A stretch of 63,974 nt of DNA, the filler included, from Octopus bimaculoides (Eukaryota): NCBI RefSeq assembly GCF_001194135.2. It is 4 parts of 4 records of this genome, joined end to end, with 100 filler letters (N's around TTAATTAATTAA, not from the genome) between each part and the next. Parts side by side here need not be neighbours in the genome. Positions count along the whole stretch, not along the records: positions 1 to 26,212 come from NC_068994.1; 3 more parts are not named here. One strand, 5' to 3'. The notes below the pieces were generated by a model that saw nothing but the letters and a program-made list of their open reading frames with translations, ran no database searches and was not told where the DNA came from. Positions 11,734-21,730 of the stretch are shown piece by piece (positions within the stretch are counted from its first letter, which is position 1; every line of letters starts with the position of its first letter). The translations under genes and the position numbers were made by a program.

Positions 11734-13500
11734 CTGCCAAGAAGAAAAATAAAGAAAAGAAAAATTAGGCTTCAGTTTTATTACATAGGAGAGAATTTTT
11801 GTTTCTTCAGTTCTCAAATAGTATTATTAGCATTTTGCAAATATTCAATTTTGGTGCAGGCAAGGAAGTGCAGTTAAGAAGACTGCTCGCCAACCATGTG
11901 GTCTTGGGTTCAGTCCCACTGTGCAACACTTAGGATATGCATCTACTATATCGCTGAGTCGACCAAAGCCTTAAGGGGCAAAAACTGAAAGAAGTGTGTT
12001 ACACATGCACACATGTGTGTGTATGTGTCCCTGTCTAGATATCACACTTGATGGTTATAAATGAGCATCACTCATCATCATCATCATCATACAAGCAAAG
12101 TTGTTTGTTTCTAGTCTTCTATGAAAAATCCATCTGGAAATTGGGAAATATTACCTTGCTTAGAAACAAGCGAGGGTTGATGACAGGAAAGGCATCTGGC
12201 CATAGAAAATCTGGTGCGACACATTCTAACTGACCCATGCAGTCAGGGAAAACTAGACGCTAAATGATGAATGATGATAAGAATGGCTGCTTTTCAATTG
12301 TTTCTTTCAACTCCTATACCCTCAAATCAACAAGGAAGGCTCAGCTAGAGCTAACAGTTAAATTTCCCTCAAATCACACCCTTCTATGTTTAAAAAACAC
12401 AAGAAAGAGGACACACTAGACAATGTATTGTCCTATATTATGCTAAAAAGTCAATGACCATAGCTGAAAATACCATTGATCATAGGGCATGCTCCAATAA
12501 GATTGACCTAGGGTTAAATGACAAAGACAATTGCTATATGTTTTAATCATGCAGTAGGAAGATAACCGGTTATCAGCTAGGTAGCCTGAGCAAGGTCTAA
12601 AACATATTAAAAGACACTTGCCCAAAGTGCCAAGCAGTGGGACTGAAACCCAGAACTACATGGGTGGTTGGTAAGCAAACTTCCTACCACACATTTATAT
12701 CGGCAAGAAATTTTGAGGGAATTTCTAAATTAATTCTTTCGGTGTTGAATTTTCGAGAAAAATGGCCAAAATTGAAATTTTATGAAGTGTCGATTTACGA
12801 AGGGAAATAAGTGATGCAACCTTCTTAAAAGAAAGGGGAAGTAAGCGTTGCAGCATGAAAGTAGAAGGGAAATAAATAATGCTGGCTTTAAAAAGTTTTC
12901 TATGTTTAAAAAAATAACACACACACATTCAAAACACGTTTCTTCATATGTTGCTATCCAACCCCACTCTAATATGGTTTTACAGAGTTTTCTGAGCAGT
13001 CGAGAATATCTAGACGGTCAGTAGGCATGAGAGAAGAAGCTGCCAAATCGCCCTCACATTTCACTGTACTGTAAGCATAATGTATATCTTAACGTGGATA
13101 TAACCAAAAAAAAAAAAACTCACAAAACTGCGAGCTTTCTACATACAGTATGACCACGTTTAGCTAGATATACAGAATACTATCTTGCACTAAAACAGCT
13201 TCTGTCGCTAATAACGAATTTTTACTCTATTGTCTTAAAAAAAAGAACACATTCGATAATGCAGTCCTAGAAATGACAGTGTCTAAATAAAAAGTCAACA
13301 GGCGCAGGAGTGGCTGTGTAGTAAGTAGCTTGCTTACCAACTACATGGTTCTGGGTTCAGTCCCACTGCGTGGCATCTTGGGCAAGTGTCTTCTACTATA
13401 GCCTCGGGCCAACCAAAGCTATATATACACATGCATATTTATATATATACACGCATATATATAATACACACACACACACCTATGTATATAGATACACACC

Positions 13501-13531
<31 letters not shown>

Positions 13532-13560
13532 ACATACACACACACACCTATATATATATG

Positions 13561-13779
13561 ACACCATTTCGAGCGTGGCCGTTTTCGTGCAGGTGACACG
13601 TAAAAGCACCCACTACACTCTCTGAGTGGTTGGCGTTAGGAAGGGCATCCAGCTGTAGAAACTCTGCCAAATCAGACTGGAGCCTGGTGTTGCCATCCGG
13701 TTTCACCAGTCCTCAGTCAAATCGTCCAACCCATGCTAGCATGGAAAGCGGACGTTAAACGATGATGATGATGATGATG
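13561..13779 (+). mobile_element. SINE family C (GGTTGGCGTTAGGAAGGGCATCCAGC domain, CCAACCCATGCTAGCATGGAAAG, (GAT)n tail)
   Basis: Other copies approx: 482-698+, 852-1080-, 4200-4390+, 5877-6120-, 6901-7145-, 8027-8250-, 12090-12275+, 16550-16640+, 44895-45305-, 49215-49395-, 51130-51360-. The central domain resembles the V-SINE domain (from memory). Confidence 0.8.
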
Positions 13780-14186
13780 ATATATATATATATATATATA
13801 NNNNNNNNNNNNNNNNNNNNNNNNNNNNNNNNNNNNNNNNNNNNNNNNNNNNNNNNNNNNNNNNNNNNNNNNNNNNNNNNNNNNNNNNNNNNNNNNNNNN
13901 NNNNNNNNNNNNNNNNNNNNNNNNNNNNNNNNNNNNNNNNNNNNNNNNNNNNNNNNNNNNNNNNNNNNNNNNNNNNNNNNNNNNNNNNNNNNNNNNNNNN
14001 NNNNNNNNNNNNNNNNNNNNNNNNNNNNNNNNNNNNNNNNNNNNNNNNNNNNNNNNNNNNNNTTTAGATTCAAGATTGAATATGGTACTAATATTTAGGC
14101 ACCAGAATATCGCATTACTTAAATAAATGGAGTAGCATGAAACGTGCGTACTGCAATCATCTTTGAAATCCGTGTTGCTTATTTTG

Positions 14187-14226
<40 letters not shown>

Positions 14227-14433
14227 CACACCTATATATATATATACACACACAGCGAAAGAAGGAATGCAAAGCAAAAGAATGATAGGGGGGGGGGGCT
14301 AGATGAAAGAATGAAAGTGAGATGAAAAAAGAGGGAGGTGAGAGAGAATAATAAAAGATAAGAATGAGAAGCAGAAAATGAAGAGACCAACAAGTGAGAA
14401 AGAGAGGCAAAAGTATTAGAAACTGATAATTAC

Positions 14434-14565
14434 CCTTCACCATGGTGACAGTGGCCGGTAGTGCACTGGTTGCAGCAGGTCTGATACCTAGTGCTGCAGC
14501 AGCTGCAGCTGCTGCTGCTGCTTGGTTGTCTCCTTGCATCCCTGCAGTTTTCACATTGATCACAC
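14434..14565 (-). CDS. L3MBTL: L3MBTL exon, poly-Ala (10 A)
   Basis: ttgttttttcag|GT GTG ATC...GTG AAG G|gtaatt; 132 nt, phase 1 to phase 1; GVINVKTAGMQGDNQAAAAAAAAAALGIRP...TMVK. Confidence 0.85.
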
Positions 14566-16124
14566 CTGAAAAAACAACAAGGGTGAAACTTGAAATAAAA
14601 CAATTGGCAAGAAGAGAGTAGATGGAAATAAATCAGACTTATTATGAGAGCCAAGAAGATGCAAGCAATGCAGAGAGAATATGGGTATAGAGCTGTAAGT
14701 GTTTTGCAAATTGTTGGCACTCCGTCGCTTACAACGTAGAGGGTTCCAGTTGATCCGATCAACGGAACAGCCTGCTCGTGAAATTAACGTGCAAGTGGCT
14801 GAGCACTCCACAGACACGTGTACCCTTAACGTAGTTCTCAGGGATATTCAGCGTGACACAGTGTGACAAGGCTGACCCTTTGAATTACAGGCACAGCAGA
14901 AACAGGAAGTAAAAGTGAGAGAAAGTTGTGGTGGAAGAGTACAGCAGGGTTCGCCACCATCCCCTGCCGGAGCCTCGTGGAGCTTTAGGTGTTTTTNNNN
15001 NNNNNNNNNNNNNNNNNNNNNNNNNNNNNNNNNNNNNNNNNNNNNNNNNNNNNNNNNNNNNNNNNNNNNNNNNNNNNNNNNNNNNNNNNNNNNNNNNNNN
15101 NNNNNNNNNNNNNNNNNNNNNNNNNNNNNNNNNNNNNNNNNNNNNNNNNNNNNNNNNNNNNNNNNNNNNNNNNNNNNNNNNNNNNNNNNNNNNNNNNNNN
15201 NNNNNNNNNNNNNNNNNNNNNNNNNNNNNNNNNNNNNNNNNNNNNNNNNNNNNNNNNNNNNNNNNNNNNNNNNNNNNNNNNNNNNNNNNNNNNNNNNNNN
15301 NNNNNNNNNNNNNNNNNNNNNNNNNNNNNNNNNNNNNNNNNNNNNNNNNNNNNNNNNNNNNNNNNNNNNNNNNNNNNNNNNNNNNNNNNNNNNNNNNNNN
15401 NNNNNNNNNNNNNNNNNNNNNNNNNNNNNNNNNNNNNNNNNNNNNNNNNNNNNNNNNNNNNNNNNNNNNNNNNNNNNNNNNNNNNNNNNNNNNNNNNNNN
15501 NNNNNNNNNNNNNNNNNNNNNNNNNNNNNNNNNNNNNNNNNNNNNNNNNNNNNNNNNNNNNNNNNNNTATGTATGTATGTGTGTGTGTGTGTATGTGTTT
15601 GTGTGTCTGTGTTTGTCCTCCAACATCGCTTGACAACCGATGCTGGTGTGTTTACGTGCCCGTAACTTAGCAGTTCGGCAAAAGAGACCGATAGAATAAG
15701 TACTAGGTTTACAAAGAATAAGTCCTGGGGGTCGACTTGCTCGACTAAAAGGCGGTGCTCCAGCATCGCAACAGTCAAATGACTGAAACAAGTAAAAGAG
15801 TAAAGAGAGTAATTTTTCAAAACGTAATTTTTCAAATTTATTCTTTCGCTGGTCCACAGCCTGGTGCACAGCATGGCATTTCATTAAACTGGTAAAAGCA
15901 ACAAAAATCTTCTAACTGACCAGACATGAAGAGCAAAGAACCTGACCTTTAATAGAAATGTTTATCAATGAAATGAAGCAAATGCTAAAAGGTCTTAAGC
16001 ATAAGATACCACAATTGATCATTTTTATTTGCTCAAATGCATCTGGTCAATACAGGATGAGATGTTCAATGAATAATAAGTTCTATCATTCTAGAGCCTT
16101 GAAGGGAATTATACGTTTGACAAA

Positions 16125-16542
16125 TACTCTTTTACTCTTTTACTTGTTTCAGTCATTTGACTGCGGCCATGCTGGGGCACTGCCTTTAGTCGAGAAAATC
16201 GACCCCAGGACTTATTCTTTGTAAGCCTAGTACTTATTCTATCGGTCTCTTTTTTGCCGAACCGCTAAGTTACGGGGACGTAAACACACCAGCCTCGGTT
16301 GTCAAGCGAAGTTGGGGGGGGACAAACACAGACACACAAACATACACACATACATATATATATATATATACATATATACGACGGGCTTCCTTCAGTTTCC
16401 GTCTACCAAATCCACTCACAAGGCTTTGGTCGGCTCGAGGCTATAGTAGAAGACACTTGCCCAAGGTGCCACACAGTGGGACTGAACCTAGAACCATGTG
16501 GTTGGTAAGCAAGCTACTTACCACACAGCCACTCCTGCGCCT
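16125..16542 (-). mobile_element. SINE family A, full-length copy (tRNA-like head, CORE-like domain, internal CA/TA microsatellite)
   Basis: Head aggcgcaggagtggctgtgtggtaag...ggttcagtccc and ccttgggcaagtgtcttct; (AAAAGAGT)n-like tail. Other copies approx: 1110-1500+, 2405-2760+, 11855-12050+, 13299-13400+, 15568-15810+, 22912-23229-, 23490-23846+, 25831-26180+, 38930-39044-, 40620-40790-, 44010-44200+, 48945-49200-, 50510-50830-. Confidence 0.85.
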
Positions 16543-16773
16543 ATTATCCTGGACATCTTGCCATAGGAAATCTGCCTCAATAAACTCCATCTGACCCATG
16601 CCAGTATGGAAAAGTGGATGAGGAAGAGGAAGATTTAAGATCATGAAGCTAAGTATTGGCTCTGACAAGAATCCTCCATCTATTGTGTCAAAAGATAAAT
16701 AAATAACAAAAATCAATAGAGGAATACCAATGCAATGTTGGCAACAATGATAAAATTTTAAAACAAAACTCAC

Positions 16774-16972
16774 CATTGGAAATGGTCAGACTGATTCCTC
16801 CTGGGAAACCTTGTGAAGTGGCAATGGGTACGGTCCCTGGTGCCAGAGGTAACACCGTCTTGGTGTTGTCAGCAACATCTGTAGCTTTGAACTTCTTTAC
16901 TACAGCAGCAGGAGACACAACAGCAGGAGCTAGAGTGGCATTAGCTGGTTGGCTAACAGGAACACTCATCAT
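16774..16972 (-). CDS. L3MBTL: l(3)mbt/L3MBTL-family gene, first coding exon (CDS part; the exon begins at 16996)
   Basis: Acceptor ...tttctcttgcag at 16998-16997, in-frame TAG 9 nt upstream of ATG 16972. Encodes MMSVPVSQPANATL...ISLTISN, ending G|gtgag (phase 1), which matches the next exon. Confidence 0.8.
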
Positions 16973-17066
16973 GAGGGTCTATCTGTCAGACAAGTTCTGC
17001 AAGAGAAATGGAAAATATTAACACTAGAATCAGGAGAGAAAAAGAAACAGTGCATTCATTTTTAAT

Positions 17067-17549
17067 TTAACACTCTAGCATTCACATTACTCTGTCAAAT
17101 GTAATGTTTAATTATTCACATTGTTTTAAATTAATTAAGCGTTATCTCATAGCTTTGAGATTTCAATGCCGTGATTCTTTTAAAAATGATATTGTAGAGT
17201 AGGTGTGAGAGGCTGAATCTGGCCAGTTTGAACATTAAAACAGGTAGAATATTTGAGCCCATTATGGCCAGTCTAACACTCTAGCATTCACATTACTGTC
17301 AAATGTAATGTTCGTTTATTCATATTGCTTTGAATTAATCATGCATTATCTCATAGCTTCAAGCATCTGATGATGTATCTGGTCCAAATCAACCAGAATC
17401 AGCACCTCACACCTACTCTACAATGTCATTTCAAAACTAACAATCACATCACTAAAATTTCAAAGCTATGAGATAACACGATTAATTCAAAACAATGTGA
17501 ATAAATAAGCATTACATTTGACAGAGTAATCTGAATGCTAAAGGGTTAA
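17067..17549. mobile_element. TTAA-flanked MITE (piggyBac-like ends), with an extra internal copy of the left arm
   Basis: TTAAcactctagcattcacattactctgtcaaatg... and ...catttgacagagtaatctgaatgctaaagggTTAA form about 150-bp inverted arms. Related partial copies lie near 3790-3950 and 6789-6900. Confidence 0.75.
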
Positions 17550-18454
17550 GAGTCTCAAACCAGCTGAAGTAATCAGTTATGTTACTTAAAGACAGAATAA
17601 AAATGAATGTAATAAGTTTTTTGTGCAGACACAGCATATCCAATATCCTTTCTTGAAGAAGATTTGGCTGTTATTTGTAGCAGACTCTCTTGTTGGCTCG
17701 TATCTCACAGGCATTTTGTACCTAAATGTGCAAATATCCAAGCTTACAACATCAATAACAAAACAGATAATGTGCAAGGAAGAAACGAACAGGAGAGAAT
17801 AATGACAACAATAGTTTTTTTTTTTTTTTTTTTTTTTACTAAATGCATAAAATTTTTAATTATTTTCAAAATTAATTGAAACACTTAGGTTATGTATTTC
17901 TGAAATTGTCTCAAGAGAGACAAGCCATTTTATATTAATCTGTCCAAAGCTGCTTCTGATCCTAAAATACAGATTTGCTTGTCTTAAAAGTGCAGATATT
18001 CGTATTTAAATTGAAGAGGGGAAAATTCAAGACGTCGACAATAAAATGGACACCCTTTGGACTTTCACATACTTATTTTCCTTTGAGTGTTTCACAAAAA
18101 TGAGTTGAAATCATTGCAAGTAATACAGCTTTTATTTCTCTCTCATATTTCATTAAAATTTGAAATTAAAGATGTTTCAACTATTTTTTGCTTGTGTAAA
18201 CACTTCATTCCTACATTTGCCTTTATAAAACTTTTCATCACCTCTACAAGTATAATTTTTAATTGTAACTGAAAAGGTGCTGAAATTTCGCTTACCCAAG
18301 CAAACTTAAGGATTGTTTTGAGTGTAAGAGGAAGTTATTTATTCAGCTTATTTGTTATGAACGTGTAAGGAAGAGAGAGAGGGTTGTGTGTGAGACACAT
18401 CGTCTTTAGTGTGTATGTGACAGAAAGAAAGGGAGAGATGTAAGTGTGTATCTA

Positions 18455-18785
18455 TGTAACAGGTCTCAGGGACTGGTACCAAACTTTGGAATCAAAAGTT
18501 ATACGAGACCCCAAATTGGATGTCTCTACACTGTTCCAAAGGTCCCAGCTGTCCCATCTAAGGTGAGGACCCACAGCTATTTAATGCCTTGCCAAAACAT
18601 CTCAGGGCTATCCATGGAGTGTGGGTAGATGTTTTCAGGAAACAACTTGACCTCTTACTATCCAAGATCCCAGATCTTCCTTCACAAAAAGCCAATCACC
18701 TAGGATTAGCCATTTAAAAGGTGATTACACTGGCGGTGCACCAACATGGCTACAGCCTTAGGGTTGAAATGTAAAAGAATACATA
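18455..18785 (+). mobile_element. 3' fragment of a CR1-group LINE
   Basis: Translates (frameshifted) as PKVPAVPSKVRT..PQLFNALPKHLRAIHGVWVDVFRKQLDLLLSKIPDLP, the typical LFN.LP...FK..LD C-terminus. Confidence 0.7.
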
Positions 18786-19013
18786 CACAAAATTGTATAA
18801 GTATATATGTTTGTGCATGTACTTATGCGGATATGAATTCTACGCTCAAGATTAAGCAGGTACAGATAAAGTGTCGGACAGTTTCATTTAGCTCTGGGAA
18901 ATTTATGATGTTGAAGAGTTTAAACTTCTGCCCTTGTTTTGTGAAGGAAATGAAGCGCGTAAGAACGAACCCTAGCCACTTAGACATACAGGAGAACACA
19001 CACCTTCATTTTG

Positions 19014-19044
<31 letters not shown>

Positions 19045-19348
19045 TACAAAAAAGATGCAAGCATATGTATTTATAAGAATTGGATGAGATCTGATGGCTC
19101 GGCCATCTCTCCCCAGTTCTTATATTAATCATTAAGTTCAGAGATACAACAACACAAGGGATAACGGCAACAACAGAACATAGTTTATTCTAGGTTGGTG
19201 TAGAGCCGTTTCGTTCCTGGGTGAATTGGCATGCCGCTAGAATACCAAAGAAGCTTCGACCACATGACGGGGTCGAGTTGTGTGAATACATGGTGTCACC
19301 ACCGCTGCTAGAGAGAAAAGAGGTCGGACGCTATTGCTTTCTCTCTAC

Positions 19349-19440
19349 CTGTTGCATTGCGCATGCGTGCTCAGGTACTTCCGCTGACGGCAAGTCCTTG
19401 CACATGCGCAATGGCACTTCCCAAGATGGCGGCCACACGC
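19349..19440. promoter_or_regulatory. CpG-rich housekeeping-type promoter, probably of the L3MBTL gene
   Basis: TGCGCATGCGTG (NRF1-like, 19358-19369), ACTTCCG (ETS core, 19377-19383), CACATGCGCA (19401-19410) and CAAGATGGCGGCC (YY1 consensus, 19422-19434) lie within 80 bp, about 2.4 kb upstream of the first coding exon. Confidence 0.6.
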
Positions 19441-19605
19441 GCCACTACATATTTATGTATGTACGTGTATATGAAAGATAATGGGTGTATGTGTGTGTTT
19501 GTGACTGACTACAAACACACAGAGCTTAATACAGCGAGCGAGCGAGCACGCATGCACACATACACGTACCCCCACTATCTTTCATATACACGTACATACA
19601 TCTTT

Positions 19606-19973
19606 CGGATCTATTTTAAAACGGGGGCACCAGTTTTCATTTATGTTTTATGTAGTGTTTTTGGTACTGAAAGACTTTCAAACTTCGTATACTTATCTAT
19701 TTTGTGTTATAGAACACAAAAAAAATTTTGTATTCGAATTTATTTCATGTAAAAAATTGTCTTATTTCGATAATTTCTACTAATCACTGACGTCTATTCA
19801 GTTGAAAAAAGTTAGCGCTGTAACGGTGTATATCGTATTAATCCCCTAACCCTAACCCTAACTGTTAACCGTAACCCTAACCCTAACTCTAGAATCCGAA
19901 CTCTAAAATTGTTACACACATAGATACGCACAGCGTAATTTATTATATAAACAATATATGCGTATAAATTACG
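19606..19973. mobile_element. Unclassified dispersed repeat carrying (CCCTAA)n; runs into a gap
   Basis: The first ~200 bp (cggatctattttaaaacggggg...aatcactgac) are near-identical to 51676-51860; CCCTAA repeats at 19844-19886. Confidence 0.75.
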
Positions 19974-21329
19974 NNNNNNNNNNNNNNNNNNNNNNNNNNN
20001 NNNNNNNNNNNNNNNNNNNNNNNNNNNNNNNNNNNNNNNNNNNNNNNNNNNNNNNNNNNNNNNNNNNNNNNNNNNNNNNNNNNNNNNNNNNNNNNNNNNN
20101 NNNNNNNNNNNNNNNNNNNNNNNNNNNNNNNNNNNNNNNNNNNNNNNNNNNNNNNNNNNNNNNNNNNNNNNNNNNNNNNNNNNNNNNNNNNNNNNNNNNN
20201 NNNNNNNNNNNNNNNNNNNNNNNNNNNNNNNNNNNNNNNNNNNNNNNNNNNNNNNNNNNNNNNNNNNNNNNNNNNNNNNNNNNNNNNNNNNNNNNNNNNN
20301 NNNNNNNNNNNNNNNNNNNNNNNNNNNNNNNNNNNNNNNNNNNNNNNNNNNNNNNNNNNNNNNNNNNNNNNNNNNNNNNNNNNNNNNNNNNNNNNNNNNN
20401 NNNNNNNNNNNNNNNNNNNNNNNNNNNNNNNNNNNNNNNNNNNNNNNNNNNNNNNNNNNNNNNNNNNNNNNNNNNNNNNNNNNNNNNNNNNNNNNNNNNN
20501 NNNNNNNNNNNNNNNNNNNNNNNNNNNNNNNNNNNNNNNNNNNNNNNNNNNNNNNNNNNNNNNNNNNNNNNNNNNNNNNNNNNNNNNNNNNNNNNNNNNN
20601 NNNNNNNNNNNNNNNNNNNNNNNNNNNNNNNNNNNNNNNNNNNNNNNNNNNNNNNNNNNNNNNNNNNNNNNNNNNNNNNNNNNNNNNNNNNNNNNNNNNN
20701 NNNNNNNNNNNNNNNNNNNNNNNNNNNNNNNNNNNNNNNNNNNNNNNNNNNNNNNNNNNNNNNNNNNNNNNNNNNNNNNNNNNNNNNNNNNNNNNNNNNN
20801 NNNNNNNNNNNNNNNNNNNNNNNNNNNNNNNNNNNNNNNNNNNNNNNNNNNNNNNNNNNNNNNNNNNCTTTGTTTTTTTTATTTTTCCAGTATACGCAAA
20901 ATGTGTCAAAATATTTTGTCTTGGCGATCTTTCGGTAGAAAGATGACCTTTGTTTTTGTATCACAAGTAATAAAAAAAAAAATTGAGAATCTTTGAAATT
21001 CAACGCAAAAAAAGGGACAGTTTTGGAATAGCTATCACTCTTTCATGGGGAAAGGAAAGAACGCGAAATTGAGGTGGAGGGCAATCCAAAATATTAATTC
21101 CCGTTATATGAAAAGAGACCGAAATGCTGGAAAATGAGGGGGGGGGTAACACCCAATTTTCTGCTTTTCTTTCCACCCAAGATGAAGTGAGAACGATTCC
21201 AAAACTCAGCAAGAAACGGGGATGGGGGTGAAGATTGAGCTTAGAAAATTTAATGCTATCACAGTTTGAAAACTTATTACACCTCACAGACGTACAACAC
21301 GTACAAGTAGCAAATAAAGTCCCCCAAAC

Positions 21330-21730
21330 CACGCCCTACGTCTTAGAAAAGGAAGAACACGAAGAATAATGCAGTCTTACACTATCTCTGACATTAAAAC
21401 GGGATGTTCAAGGTTGCATCCTTTGATTATATGTCTGCTCATTCAGGGCTAACCTGGACTAAATAATATAAGGTAGCCTCTAGTGTGGTTACTCGACCTG
21501 TTAGAAAAAGCAGATACATTTCGCTCGAAATTTACCTATTTTAAATAAGAGGACGTATCGGAAAATATAGTACAGGATATATAAAAGGCGAGGTAATTCT
21601 AACTGAAATGCTTTTGACCATAACAGCTGTCAGGGGCCGACTTGGGACTGAACAGCATTTGTAAAATGCAAGCAAACACGGGGAAGGGTAACCTCTTCGT
21701 GATTACGCAACCTGTTAGAAATAGCAACCA
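21330..21730 (+). mobile_element. Tandem degenerate copies of a further short repeat family (F)
   Basis: Shared motifs actcgacctgttagaaatagca and cagggctaacctgg recur at about 12340-12605, 13170-13290, 22070-22210 and (reverse) 36790-36930. Confidence 0.55.

Noticed and set aside
13299-13400. tRNA genes at the A/B-box-containing heads
   Set aside because: All continue into SINE bodies and do not complete a cloverleaf.
17586-17721. Possible 5'UTR exon of L3MBTL carrying a uORF (MPVRYEPTRES...)
   Set aside because: The acceptor is plausible but the donor is weak; there is no independent support without transcript data.
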